Position numbers and translations under genes: made by a program
DNA from: Synechocystis sp. PCC 6803 substr. PCC-P
GTDB lineage: Bacteria > Cyanobacteriota > Cyanobacteriia > Cyanobacteriales > Microcystaceae
Direction of reading: 5' to 3'
NCBI RefSeq assembly: GCF_000284455.1
Contig: NC_017039.1
Coordinates: 3,090,001 to 3,122,000 of the forward strand
Length of the DNA: 32,000 nt
The notes under the pieces: generated by a model
Databases searched by the model: none
What the model was told of the DNA's origin: nothing
The model's input: the letters and a program-made list of their open reading frames with translations, nothing else
Part shown: positions 19,659-29,515 of the stretch, piece after piece
Position numbering within the stretch: the stretch's first letter is position 1
Layout: every line of letters starts with the position of its first letter

Positions 19659-19823
19659 TGGTTACGTCAAATTTAAAAAACAAAAAGTAGAATGTCCTAG
19701 GATTTTGTGTCAATGAATTAAAATGATTAATCAGTTTATTAGCAATAACTTATTAACTAAAGTTTAGATAAATTGCCAAAGTGTGACGAGACTGATAAGA
19801 AGAGTATAGCAAGCCACTCTTTT

Positions 19824-20216
19824 ATGACCATGAAAATTATTCAAACTGCCCAAGCTCCTGCCCCTGTTGGCCCCTATAACCAGGCGATCGCCGCCAATGG
19901 TTTCCTCTTTACGGCTGGCCAAATTGCCCTCGACCCCCAAACCATGACCATTATGGGAGAGGGGAACGTGGAAGTCCAAGCAAAACAGGTATTGACTAAT
20001 TTAGGGGCGGTGCTCCAGGAAGCGGGCTGTGGTTGGGAAAATGTGGTTAAAACTACGGTATTTCTCAAAGATATGAACGATTTCGCCGCAGTTAATGCCA
20101 TCTATGGCCAATATTTTGACGAGGCTACGGCTCCGGCCCGTAGTTGTGTGGAAGTGGCCCGCCTACCCAAAGATGTGTTAGTAGAAATCGATTGTGTCGC
20201 TGTGTTACCAACCTAG
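19824..20216 (+). CDS. RutC/YjgF/YER057c/UK114 family protein (ORF track start at 19773 is probably too long)
   Basis: MKIIQTAQAPAPVGPYNQAIAANGFLFTAGQIALDPQTMTIM...TVFLKDMNDFAAVNAIYGQYFDEATAPARSCVEVARLPKDVLVEIDCVAV. Confidence 0.95.
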   Translation: MTMKIIQTAQAPAPVGPYNQAIAANGFLFTAGQIALDPQTMTIMGEGNVEVQAKQVLTNLGAVLQEAGCGWENVVKTTVFLKDMNDFAAVNAIYGQYFDEATAPARSCVEVARLPKDVLVEIDCVAVLPT

Positions 20217-20344
20217 GGCAATGTCCGTCATGGCCCCAGGCTCCATGCTCTAATGGAACTGTTGATTAAACAAATTTGTTCGGAATATTCAGGCCGCCCC
20301 GCTCCAGAGCCAATAGCGGTCCCACTGTTCCAGGAGTAGCAATT

Positions 20345-21631
20345 ATGGCTGGATCACTGTTTGCCGATGCCAGTAAAAGATTAGAAAAAGCCCTGAAATA
20401 TGTGGCCATTTCCGACGATGCCGGGGAAAGGCTGAAATATCCCAAAACCAGTCTCAGTGTTTCCATTCCGGTGCGGATGGACGATGGCTCTTTAAAAATC
20501 TTTCCCGGTTACCGAGTGCGCTACGACGACACCAGGGGGCCAGGCAAAGGGGGCGTGCGCTACCATCCCAACGTCACCATGGATGAGGTGCAATCCTTAG
20601 CCTTTTGGATGACCTTTAAATGTGCCCTGTTAAATTTGCCCTTCGGAGGAGCTAAGGGGGGCATCACCCTCAATCCCAAAGAACTCAGCCGAGCAGAATT
20701 GGAGCGTTTAAGTCGGGGTTACATCGAGGCGATCGCCGATTTTATTGGCCCGGACATCGACATTTTAGCCCCGGATGTTTACACCAATGAAATGATGATG
20801 GGCTGGATGATGGACCAATACAGCATCATTCGCCGCAAAATTAGTCCCGCTGTGGTCACCGGCAAACCCGTCACCATGGGGGGCAGTCAAGGTCGCAACA
20901 CGGCCACCGGCACTGGAGCTTTTTACATCATGCAGGGCATGCTACCCAAGTTTGACCAATATCCCGAAAATACCACCGTTGCTGTCCAGGGTTTCGGTAA
21001 TGCGGGTATGGTGGTAGCCGAATGTTTATACCAAGATGGCTACAAAGTGGTGGCCATCAGTGATTCCCAGGGGGGCATTTATAACGAACAAGGCATCGAT
21101 ATTCCCGCTGTGATTGATTACAAACAACGGCATCGCACTTTAGCGGGTATGTACTGTGACCAAGCCATCTGCGATTTAGGGGAAAATCAACAAATCAGTA
21201 ATGCCGAGTTACTAGCTCTGGACGTGGACGTGCTCATTCCCGCCGCCTTGGAAAATCAAATTACCCGCGACAATGCAGACCAAGTCAGAGCTCGCTACAT
21301 TTTTGAAGTTGCTAATGGGCCCACCACCACCGCCGCCGATGATATTTTGGCTAGCAAAGGTATCTATGTTTTCCCCGATATTTTGGTCAATGCTGGGGGG
21401 GTGACGGTGAGCTACTTTGAATGGGTACAGAACCGCAGTGGACTTTATTGGAGCGCCAAGGAAGTTAACGATCGCCTGAAGGAAAAAATGGTGGAGGAAG
21501 CGGAACATGTGTGGAACATTACCCAGGAATTGGATGTGAATGTGCGCACTGCAGCCTATATCCACGCCCTTAACCGCCTGAGCGAAGCTATGGATGCTAA
21601 GGGGACTAGGGATTATTACCAGGACAGCTAG
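20345..21631 (+). CDS. gdhA: Glu/Leu/Phe/Val-type NAD(P)-dependent glutamate dehydrogenase (ORF is open from 20276; Met at 20345 preferred)
   Basis: GYRVRYDDTRGPGKGGVRYHPNVTMDEVQSLAFWMTFKCALLNLPFGGAKGGI; VAVQGFGNAGMVVAE; VLIPAALENQITRDNA. Confidence 0.95.
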   Translation: MAGSLFADASKRLEKALKYVAISDDAGERLKYPKTSLSVSIPVRMDDGSLKIFPGYRVRYDDTRGPGKGGVRYHPNVTMDEVQSLAFWMTFKCALLNLPFGGAKGGITLNPKELSRAELERLSRGYIEAIADFIGPDIDILAPDVYTNEMMMGWMMDQYSIIRRKISPAVVTGKPVTMGGSQGRNTATGTGAFYIMQGMLPKFDQYPENTTVAVQGFGNAGMVVAECLYQDGYKVVAISDSQGGIYNEQGIDIPAVIDYKQRHRTLAGMYCDQAICDLGENQQISNAELLALDVDVLIPAALENQITRDNADQVRARYIFEVANGPTTTAADDILASKGIYVFPDILVNAGGVTVSYFEWVQNRSGLYWSAKEVNDRLKEKMVEEAEHVWNITQELDVNVRTAAYIHALNRLSEAMDAKGTRDYYQDS

Positions 21632-21701
21632 GAAAATCTGAAATAATAGGAATGGTGTTTTTCTGCTGCTTCCTAATCCCGTCCATTTTTCACTGTTCAC
21701 C

Positions 21702-22115
21702 ATGACCGAAACTACCATTACCACCAGCGATAACGTCGAAAAGTATGGCGAGCGGGAAATTCGGGATGCCCAACTGATTACTTTCCCCAATCCCCGCCCC
21801 GGCCGTCGTTACGATGTCCATATCACCCTGCCGGAATTCACCTGTAAATGTCCTTTTTCCGGCTACCCGGATTTTGCCACCCTTTATCTGACCTATTGCC
21901 CTGACCAGAAGGTGGTGGAGCTAAAGTCTATCAAGCTTTACATCAATAGTTACCGCGATCGCCATATTCCCCATGAGGAAGTAACCAATCAGATTTTGGA
22001 TGACTTTGTGGCGGTGGCCAATCCTTTGTACGCTAGACTAAAAGCTGATTTTAATCCCCGGGGGAATGTTCATACGGTGATTGAAGTGGAATATCATCAG
22101 GAAAAAGCTAGTTAA
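21702..22115 (+). CDS. queF: NADPH-dependent 7-cyano-7-deazaguanine reductase
   Basis: EFTCKCPFSGYPDFATLYLTYCPDQKVVELKSIKLYINSYRDRHIPHEEVTNQILDDF; ADFNPRGNVHTVIEVEY. Confidence 0.96.
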   Translation: MTETTITTSDNVEKYGEREIRDAQLITFPNPRPGRRYDVHITLPEFTCKCPFSGYPDFATLYLTYCPDQKVVELKSIKLYINSYRDRHIPHEEVTNQILDDFVAVANPLYARLKADFNPRGNVHTVIEVEYHQEKAS

Positions 22116-22160
22116 AAGCAACTAATCCTAGTTCCTAGGAGCATGTTTCAAAAGTCCCCA

Positions 22161-22190
22161 GCTACCCCCTAAGTTTTGGGGGAAGTTAGC
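22161..22190. repeat. Imperfect hairpin GCTACCCCCTAAGTTTTGGGGGAAGTTAGC, possibly a dispersed repeat or queF 3' terminator-like element
   Basis: GCTA/TAGC and CCCCC/GGGGG pairing seen directly; followed by TCAAAGTTTT. Confidence 0.4.
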
Positions 22191-22306
22191 TCAAAGTTTT
22201 CCAGTATTGCCGGAACTTTAGTGGGTCGATTTAGGGTCAAAAATCAGATTTTACAAACAGATTCTGAGCCAGCTTGGAAGATTTTCGCATTTTATGAGGT
22301 GAGGCT

Positions 22307-23275
22307 ATGACCGCCTGGCAAAAGATACAAAAAATTGCGCCGGCGGCGATCGGGGCTTGCTTGTTCGTGCTTTCCATTGGGGCCATCAACTCAGAATTAC
22401 ACCACTACGGTTGGCAAAATGTTTTAGCCAGTTTTCAGGGCATTGTCAAAACCCGTTTAGCCGGAGCCTTTGCGCTCATGCTGATCAACTACATAATTTT
22501 GACTGGCTACGATACTCTGGCCATGTTTTACCTGGGGCAATCTCTACCCCTGACGAAAACTAGCTTTGTCGGCTTTGTCAGTTACGCCATTAGTAACAGT
22601 GTCGGCTTGGCCTTGCTCAGTGGCAGTGCCATCCGGTACCGTCTCTATCAATCCTGGCAGGTTTCTGCCCCCATCATTGCCCAGGCGATCGCCTTTTGTA
22701 ACCTGAGTTTTTGGGTGGGTTTATTAACGGTGGGGGGCATAACTTTTGTGGTGGATCCCCTACAGTTGCCCGCCTTTCTCCATTTACCGTTTCTTTCTGT
22801 CCATCCCATTGGCTTTACTTTCCTTGCCATCATTGGGATTTATTTGTTGATAACGGGCAATTTAATTAAGCCATTCAAAATCGGCCAATGGCAAACTCCC
22901 AAAATTCCCTTTGCCGTATCCTTAGCTCAAATTGGTTTGACGGCGGTGGATTGGATTTTAGCCTCTGGTATTTTATACGTGCTATTACCTGGGCACCATC
23001 ACCTTAGTTTTCCCGGCTTTTTTGGCATTTATCTGCTGGCGCAGGTGGCGGGCATTATCAGTAATGTGCCGGGGGGACTGGGGGTATTTGAAACGGTGGT
23101 GTTATTTTTGCTGACTCCTAAATATTCCTCGGTGCAAGTGCTGGGGGCATTGTTGGCATACCGAGTGATTTATTACTGGATTCCCTTGGGCAGTGCGAGC
23201 CTCAGCTTGGGGGCATTTGAGCTTTTACAACATCGACGGGAACGACGGCAAAAATCAGGCTCTGAGTCTGAGTAG
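22307..23275 (+). CDS. UPF0104 / lysylphosphatidylglycerol synthetase TM-domain family membrane protein
   Basis: Multi-TM protein with GYDTLAMFYLGQSLPLTKTSFVGFVSYAISNSVG and QVAGIISNVPGGLGVFETVVLFLL. Confidence 0.9.
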   Translation: MTAWQKIQKIAPAAIGACLFVLSIGAINSELHHYGWQNVLASFQGIVKTRLAGAFALMLINYIILTGYDTLAMFYLGQSLPLTKTSFVGFVSYAISNSVGLALLSGSAIRYRLYQSWQVSAPIIAQAIAFCNLSFWVGLLTVGGITFVVDPLQLPAFLHLPFLSVHPIGFTFLAIIGIYLLITGNLIKPFKIGQWQTPKIPFAVSLAQIGLTAVDWILASGILYVLLPGHHHLSFPGFFGIYLLAQVAGIISNVPGGLGVFETVVLFLLTPKYSSVQVLGALLAYRVIYYWIPLGSASLSLGAFELLQHRRERRQKSGSESE

Positions 23276-23399
23276 ATTAATGTGGACAAAAAACAAAGCT
23301 TTGCCTTGTCGGCAGATTTTTGAGGTTTAGCTGGATTATTGGCAAATTATTTAGGTTTCGGCATCCGCTGATTTCGATTAGATTCCATCACCCAATTAA

Positions 23400-23801
23400 T
23401 TACAAATGGGGATTGATTTGCGGGTAACCCAGGGGACGAATTTGTTGATGCTTCCTTTTTTCTTCCAAATGTTTCAGCTCGTCGTAGGGCACCCAATGGA
23501 TACAGTCCACCGGACAGGTATCGATCGCCTCTTGGATAACCGCTTCATCGTCCCCATTTTGGCTAAAGGCCCGGGAGCGGCCATGCTCCTGCTCAATGGT
23601 GAAAGTATTGGGAGCCACGTGGGCACAGTTTTTGCAACCAATGCAGGTCACTTCATCCACATAGACTCCCCTTTCCCGTAACTCTCCGCCCAATTCCGGC
23701 TCTAAACCAGAACGGTCATCGAAATTACGCCAATCTCCCCCCAACTCCGGTTCCAGTCCAGAACGGTGATCGGGAGGAAAATTTAGATCAGCTATCACCA
23801 T
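23400..23801 (-). CDS. Ferredoxin with single [4Fe-4S]-type motif and duplicated N-terminal segment
   Basis: VDEVTCIGCKNCAHVAPNTFTIEQEHGRSRAF...AIDTCPVDCIHWV gives the C-x2-C-x2-C...C-P pattern. Confidence 0.93.
   Translation of the reverse strand: MVIADLNFPPDHRSGLEPELGGDWRNFDDRSGLEPELGGELRERGVYVDEVTCIGCKNCAHVAPNTFTIEQEHGRSRAFSQNGDDEAVIQEAIDTCPVDCIHWVPYDELKHLEEKRKHQQIRPLGYPQINPHL
23685..23768 (-). repeat. Tandem 51-nt coding repeat (RSGLEPELGG twice, offset 17 codons) in the ferredoxin N-terminus
   Basis: HRSGLEPELGGDWRNFD then DRSGLEPELGGELRERG in the translation; CCAGAACGGT(G/C)ATCG occurs twice, 51 nt apart. Confidence 0.85.
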
Positions 23802-24187
23802 CAGGCACTCCAGCGTTGCACCACCAACCGCACTGAGCCGTCTTCATTTTTTTGTTGTTCCGTCACCGCAAAACCTTGTTTGGCCGATTCATTAAGTACG
23901 GTTTCCAGAGCGTAACCCTGGGTGATTTTTTGCAGAAATCCTTCCACCGAAAGGGGCTGTTGCCAGTACTGTAAATCTGTCACCAACTCATATTCCTGAC
24001 CATTCCAGCTAAAACCTAGGTCGTAATCATTGCTCTGTTCAATCACCACTGCGGCTTTGGCGGTCAAACCCTGGTAGCCCCGCACGGTGGCCGGCCCTTC
24101 TTTCCAATCCAGACCCAAGTTGGTGAGGGTGGTTTTCAACACATCAAGGTTACGAATCTTGGTTTTGATATTGCTAAAGTGAGACAT
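23801..24187 (-). CDS. ycf35: Ycf35 / DUF1257 family protein
   Basis: MSHFSNIKTKIRNLDVLKTTLTNLGLDWKEG...VRGYQGLTAKAAVVIEQSNDYDLGFSWNGQEYELVTDLQYW. Confidence 0.93.
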   Translation of the reverse strand: MSHFSNIKTKIRNLDVLKTTLTNLGLDWKEGPATVRGYQGLTAKAAVVIEQSNDYDLGFSWNGQEYELVTDLQYWQQPLSVEGFLQKITQGYALETVLNESAKQGFAVTEQQKNEDGSVRLVVQRWSA

Positions 24188-24267
24188 AGGAAATTACAAA
24201 AAAATTAGAAGAATGGATGAGACAGGTTCTTAAAACTTTTAAACAAGGATTTTCATACAGAGAGAAT

Positions 24268-24510
24268 TTAACTTCCCCCAGGCCAGCTAGAAAGAGTCTG
24301 GGATTGCTGAACTGATTGGTTCAACGGACTGGTTTGGGCAAAAAACTCCGAAGTAGTCTGCTGGGTAAGCACTACCCCTAGTTCGGCCTCGATCGCCGCG
24401 GTCACTTCCTGACAAGAGCGACCCACAATGCCGGTTACCGTTTCCTTCACCCGGCCGTCGGGGTAAATGACGAATTCCAGAGTTTCTAGATTCACGGTCA
24501 ATCCTCCCAT
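24268..24510 (-). CDS. DUF2997 family small protein
   Basis: LEFVIYPDGRVKETVTGIVGRSCQEVTAAIEAELGVV; commonly adjacent to ycf35 homologs. Confidence 0.85.
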   Translation of the reverse strand: MGGLTVNLETLEFVIYPDGRVKETVTGIVGRSCQEVTAAIEAELGVVLTQQTTSEFFAQTSPLNQSVQQSQTLSSWPGGS

Positions 24511-24869
24511 GGGTGATCAAGGTGATAGTTCACTATCTGGGCAATGGCCGGAACTCCCCCAGTAATTAATCTTGGCTGATGGGTCCCGGCAAACCAGAAG
24601 TTATTCTAGTTTTGGCCCAACTAGCTAAGAAACTGGCATAAATTGTAGCAAAAATTAACATTTCATGGGGGCGCAAACCCCTATGGAGACCATAGGGAAA
24701 GAATTATTGCGGCGCTGGCTTTGCCTTTTCTGAGAAAAAGAGAAAATTTGATTGATCTAAAAATGGGTTGCGCATACCCCGCGGCTTGCTGCGATTGGGT
24801 CTTTCATTAAGAATTTCTTTGGGTTCTTCAGAATAGAAAACCGCAATCTGTTTCTGAAAAATATCTTGA

Positions 24870-25925
24870 CTACTGTGCCCGTGGGCGACATCTTTGCTCC
24901 ACCAACTCGGCGGCCAGTTTAATGGCGGCAATGAGACTATCTGCCCTGGCAATGCCTTGCCCCGCAATGTCAAAGGCGGTGCCGTGGTCGGGGGAAGTGC
25001 GGACAAAGGGTAAACCAATAGTGGTATTAATAGCCTGATCAAATGCCAGCAGTTTAACGGGAATTAAGCCTTGGTCATGGTACAAAGCCAGGTAAGCGTC
25101 GGATACGGTCGTTTGGCCATCGGTTAACCAAGCTTTGCCAGGGCCGACCCACATGGTATCCGGAGGAATGGGGCCAATTAGTTGGGCCTGGGGATATTTT
25201 TTTCTAGCTTGCTCCAACCAAGGAATTAACCAATCCTGTTCTTCGCTGCCTAATTTTCCTTCTTCGCCGCTGTGGGGATTCAAACCGGCGATCGCCACGG
25301 AAGGATTACTGATGCCAAAATCCTGGGCCAGGCAAGTTAGCAGTAATTCCAATTTTGCAGTCATTAATTGAGGGGTTAAAGCCTGGGGCACCTCTTTGAG
25401 CGGAATATGGGTGGTGGCTAGCAACGTGCGTAAAGTCCAACCAGTAAAAGGCGATCGCCCCACAAATGCCATGGCAAAGCTTTCCACCCCAGCCCGATGG
25501 GCCAAAACTTCCGTCTGCCCTGGGTAATTATGGCCAGCGGCTTGCCAAGCGGATTTGGCGATCGGGGCAGTGACAATGGCATCAAATTCCCCGGCCAAAG
25601 TTCTGGTAATAGCTTCATTTAAATAGGCAAAACTAATGGCGCCACTAACCGCATCTCCCTGACCAACAGTGATTTTTCCCAGATATGAGAGGTCCACTTC
25701 TAGCAAATTAATTGTTTCCGGATCTGCTAGATTTAAACCCGGATTTTGGGCCAACAATTGTCTACGGGTCTGATCCAACACAGAACGGGAACCGATCGCC
25801 GTTAACTGACAAATTGAAGCTAACCCAGGTTCAGCCAAAGCTTTGAGCACCACCTCAGGACCAATGCCTGCCGGATCACCCAGGGTCAAAATTAAACGGG
25901 GCAAACTCATACAATCCATGCTCAA
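24870..25925 (-). CDS. pdxA: 4-hydroxythreonine-4-phosphate dehydrogenase
   Basis: [20 protein letters not shown]; [29 protein letters not shown]; [25 protein letters not shown]; [14 protein letters not shown]; [15 protein letters not shown]. Confidence 0.97.
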   Translation of the reverse strand: MSMDCMSLPRLILTLGDPAGIGPEVVLKALAEPGLASICQLTAIGSRSVLDQTRRQLLAQNPGLNLADPETINLLEVDLSYLGKITVGQGDAVSGAISFAYLNEAITRTLAGEFDAIVTAPIAKSAWQAAGHNYPGQTEVLAHRAGVESFAMAFVGRSPFTGWTLRTLLATTHIPLKEVPQALTPQLMTAKLELLLTCLAQDFGISNPSVAIAGLNPHSGEEGKLGSEEQDWLIPWLEQARKKYPQAQLIGPIPPDTMWVGPGKAWLTDGQTTVSDAYLALYHDQGLIPVKLLAFDQAINTTIGLPFVRTSPDHGTAFDIAGQGIARADSLIAAIKLAAELVEQRCRPRAQ

Positions 25926-26019
25926 TCAGGTTTAAGGGGAGATTCCTATGGGATAATGAACCACCGACAACAAAGATTTTTTCATCCCAAATTATTCATC
26001 CCCCATTGAGGAATTGACT

Positions 26020-26130
26020 ATGACCGCTGAAAGCATGTTGGCCAATGGCGCTTTTATCATGATTGGCTTGACCTTGTTAGGACTAGCCTGGGGCTTTGTC
26101 ATTATCAAACTCCAAGGTAGCGAAGAATAA
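26020..26130 (+). CDS. petM: Cytochrome b6f complex subunit 7 (PetM), 36 aa; missing from the supplied ORF track
   Basis: ATG at 26020 translates to [36 protein letters not shown]; GAGG at 26008-26011 is 8 nt upstream of the start. Confidence 0.95.
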   Translation: MTAESMLANGAFIMIGLTLLGLAWGFVIIKLQGSEE

Positions 26131-26218
26131 AAATTCCTCGGCCAAGGCGGTTTAATCCTTCCTGGTTTAGGAAAAAATGTTGAAGTGATACTGATACCAG
26201 GACGATTAACTGTCCATT

Positions 26219-27343
26219 GTGCCATTGCCTAGTGTGAATTTTACTTATCAGTGCCAAGCCCGGTGTTCCCATAGCCAAGCCCGGGCTGGAATTTTTCAGA
26301 CTCCCCATGGGCCGGTGGAAACTCCCCGTTTTATGCCCGTGGGTACTTTGGCAACGGTTAAGGGCATTACCCCCGCCCAGCTAGCGGACACCCAAGCCCA
26401 AATGGTGCTAGCCAATACCTACCATCTCCATCTCCAACCAGGGGAAAAGATTATTGCTGCCGCTGGGGGAGTACACAAGTTTATGGGCTGGTCGGGGCCG
26501 ATGTTGACAGATTCTGGTGGGTTTCAGGTTTTTAGTCTCAGTCAATTACGCACCATTGGTGAACAGGGGGTCCTATTTCGATCGCCGAGGGATGGCCGCT
26601 TGATTGATATGACTCCAGAAAATTCCATTCGCATCCAAAATGCGTTGGGGGCTGATGTGATTATGGCCTTTGATGAATGTCCTCCCGGCCAAGGCGATCG
26701 CCTGATGGTGGAACAAGCCACCGCCCGCACCTATCGCTGGCTAGAAAGGTGTATCGAAGCCCACCAAAGACCGGGTGATCAAGCTCTGTTCGGCATCGTC
26801 CAAGGGGGCACTTACCTAGATTTGCGTTCCCAAGCGGCAGAACAACTCATTGCCCTAGACTTGCCCGGTTACGCCATTGGCGGAGTAAGTGTGGGGGAAG
26901 CACCAGCGCTGATTGATAAAGTGGTACAACACACGGCCCCATTATTACCAGCCCATAAACCCCGTTACTTGATGGGGGTCGGCACCTATCGGGAAATGGC
27001 CAGGGCAATTTTTGCGGGTATTGATTTGTTCGATTGTGTCATACCCACCCGTTTTGGTCGCCACGGCACAGCATTGGTACAGGGAGAACGGTGGAATTTA
27101 AAAAACGCCACTTTCCGGGAAGATCATCGCCCCTTGGATGAAACTTGTCCTTGCTATACCTGCCAAACTTTCTCCCGTGCTTATTTAAACCATTTAATCC
27201 GCTCCAGGGAAATGTTGGGTTACATTTTGCTTTCTTTGCACAATATTACGGAATTAATCCGTTTCACCCAAAGCATTCGCCAAGCAATTTTAAATGATAC
27301 TTTCACCCAAGATTTTGCCCATTGGCTAACTCCACCGGAGTAA
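26219..27343 (+). CDS. tgt: tRNA-guanine transglycosylase (GTG start)
   Basis: [27 protein letters not shown]; [11 protein letters not shown]; [13 protein letters not shown]; [10 protein letters not shown]; [11 protein letters not shown]; zinc-site-like [15 protein letters not shown]. Confidence 0.97.
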
Positions 27344-27435
27344 GTCTAGTAAAAAACTTAGGCGATCGCAAATCCAGTATGGGGACGCATGGAGGGCTTG
27401 TCGAATCCCCAACAAAGACTAAATCAGACAAGTTT

Positions 27436-29004
27436 TCAATGGTGGAAATCGTAACCAGATCCATAGTACCAAGCTTCTAGACGACGTTTTTGCTCAAAGC
27501 TAGGGTTAGTGAATAGAAGATTTTTAGCTAGGGGGTAGGTTAAGCTATAGCCCGCTAAGTTAGCATAATGTCCCAACCATTCCATTAAAGCGGGTAGACC
27601 AATTTGTGGTAACAAAGGCAATACTATGAGTGGATTTACCCTGGGTAAAGTTTGGGTTAGGCCAGACCATTGGATTACATCTTGCAAAAAAGGTTCCATG
27701 ACTTCTTGTCCTTGTCGATCCATAACAGCAAAAACCGCATTCATTAAGCGATTAATTTGCTCTGGATCTGCAGTTTGGCCAACTTTAACTCCCATGGTTT
27801 GTTGAAATAACCAAGTAACGCCAATATTAGGTTGGTAGGGTTGTAAAAGAGCCAAATCTTCCGCAGCCAAATAATCCCCTGCCAGGGCTTCCCCAATAGC
27901 ATTGGTTAACCGTTTGAGATGGCGAACCATGGCTCCAAAGCCACCAAAACTAACGGGGGATTGACTACCAGCACTATCCCCTACGGCTAACACTCTACCC
28001 CAAGAAAAATGGAGAGGACTGGATTTATAAGCAGGAAAAAAACCAGATAAAAACCGTTGCCATTGTAGTTGGTCTAAATTAATTTTTTGATATTCGGGCA
28101 ATAGGCGAAAATATTCTTGAAAAAAGAATTCTAAACTAATGCGTTCTGGATGCACATCCACATAGGTAAACAGATAGGTGGTGCGGCCATCCCGAGCAGG
28201 AAAAGCTTCCCAAAAGTATTGGCAATGATTGGTAATTCCCGTGGTGGTGGCAATTAAATCTCCAGTTTCATTGTCAGAATAACCCTGGGCGCAACTACCA
28301 ACCACTAGGCAAACTCCATCAGGTATTTCTCCCTGTCGAGCTTGGTTTACCAAAGGAGAACCGTGCCCCATGGCATCAATGAGTAAACGGCTAGTGAGCT
28401 TTCTTTCAACTTGATTTTCTCCATCATGTTGGTAACTAATTGCAACTCCATCGGAGTGAATAATTGCTTTTTGGAAAGCGCTATGCTCTAGTAATTTACC
28501 CCCAGCTTGCAGAAACTTTTGCTTAAGTTTTTCTAGTAAGTAAATTGGATCTATCCCTACATTTAAAACATTTTTAATCCAAAATTCTTGCCCACCATGA
28601 AAAGCAATGCGGCCAGGATTATATTCGCTGGCGATCGCCGTTTCTAATTCCTCTGAAGTGAGCAGTTCTAACTCAACAAAAGTTTGTAATTCTTGGCGGG
28701 AAATATTCCATTCCTGGGCACGACCTTGTAATTTGCCCCTTTCAATGACAACTACCTGCCAACCCCTTATTTGCAAACTAGCGGCCAATAAAATTCCCAG
28801 GGTACCACCACAAATTACTGCGTCAAAATCTGCTTCCCCCAAGTTTGTATTAACTTTTTGAGCTACTTCAGCAATGGGAGGTAAATCTCCCTGACATAGG
28901 GCTTGCCAACGCTGATCTAAACGCCGTAGATAACCCAGGGCATCTCCTGGCATAGAATTCAGTTTAGATTCCACAAAAGCTGTGGGTGTAGTTGCATAGT
29001 TCAT
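27436..29004 (-). CDS. cruP: FAD-binding lycopene cyclase paralog (CruP-like)
   Basis: Rossmann motif FDAVICGGTLGILLAASLQIRGWQVVVIERGKLQGRAQEWNISR and RVLAVGDSAGSQSPVSFGGFGAMVRHLKRL match the CruA/CruP family; assignment to CruP from memory. Confidence 0.82.
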   Translation of the reverse strand: MNYATTPTAFVESKLNSMPGDALGYLRRLDQRWQALCQGDLPPIAEVAQKVNTNLGEADFDAVICGGTLGILLAASLQIRGWQVVVIERGKLQGRAQEWNISRQELQTFVELELLTSEELETAIASEYNPGRIAFHGGQEFWIKNVLNVGIDPIYLLEKLKQKFLQAGGKLLEHSAFQKAIIHSDGVAISYQHDGENQVERKLTSRLLIDAMGHGSPLVNQARQGEIPDGVCLVVGSCAQGYSDNETGDLIATTTGITNHCQYFWEAFPARDGRTTYLFTYVDVHPERISLEFFFQEYFRLLPEYQKINLDQLQWQRFLSGFFPAYKSSPLHFSWGRVLAVGDSAGSQSPVSFGGFGAMVRHLKRLTNAIGEALAGDYLAAEDLALLQPYQPNIGVTWLFQQTMGVKVGQTADPEQINRLMNAVFAVMDRQGQEVMEPFLQDVIQWSGLTQTLPRVNPLIVLPLLPQIGLPALMEWLGHYANLAGYSLTYPLAKNLLFTNPSFEQKRRLEAWYYGSGYDFHH

Positions 29005-29020
29005 CTAATTAATTTTTTCG

Positions 29021-29515
29021 CTAAATTTCCTGAGCAAAAATTAGGATATTTTCGTATAGTTGAGAGCTAACACGAAATCCTGCTTGATTGATCAAATTAT
29101 CAATAATGGGTTTCACTTGTGGAATAAGATTTATTCGTTTGGCAACAAGCAAAACTCCCAAAATTCCGACTATTGATAATCCTAAGCGAGTAGCCTCTCT
29201 TCTCCCCAAACGCTCGTCCATCAGTAGCTCATCAGCCTGCAAATCAAGGGCTAGGGCTATGGAATGGGCTTCTCCAGCATCAAGTCCCCGTTCTCTTTGT
29301 AGTTGTTCGGCCAATTCATAACCATGGGGGCTAAGCAAGTGAATTTGAATCCAATCTAATTGCAGAATTGATGAAATTTTTGAGTTGGTGGCGACAGTAA
29401 TTTCATTGGCAACAGTGCCTGGAATGATTACACTTTCGTAAATTGCCTGTAATAACCAAAGATGATCAACAATAGCAAGATTAGCAATGGCAGAAGTGTC
29501 ACTAACAACAATCAT
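29021..29515 (-). CDS. DUF3368 PIN-domain-like toxin (VapC-like); ATG at 29515 preferred over track start 29581
   Basis: MIVVSDTSAIANLAIVDHLWLLQAIYESVIIPGTVANEI...GLDAGEAHSIALALDLQADELLMDERLGRREATRLGLSIVGILGVL. Confidence 0.88.
   Translation of the reverse strand: MIVVSDTSAIANLAIVDHLWLLQAIYESVIIPGTVANEITVATNSKISSILQLDWIQIHLLSPHGYELAEQLQRERGLDAGEAHSIALALDLQADELLMDERLGRREATRLGLSIVGILGVLLVAKRINLIPQVKPIIDNLINQAGFRVSSQLYENILIFAQEI

Noticed and set aside
21212-21790. 192-aa minus-strand ORF opposite gdhA and the queF start
   Set aside because: Antisense to gdhA, low-complexity GGGGGGG segment, no family resemblance.
24704-25042. 112-aa minus ORF overlapping the 3' end of pdxA
   Set aside because: Overlaps pdxA coding sequence in another frame; Pro-rich, no recognisable domain.
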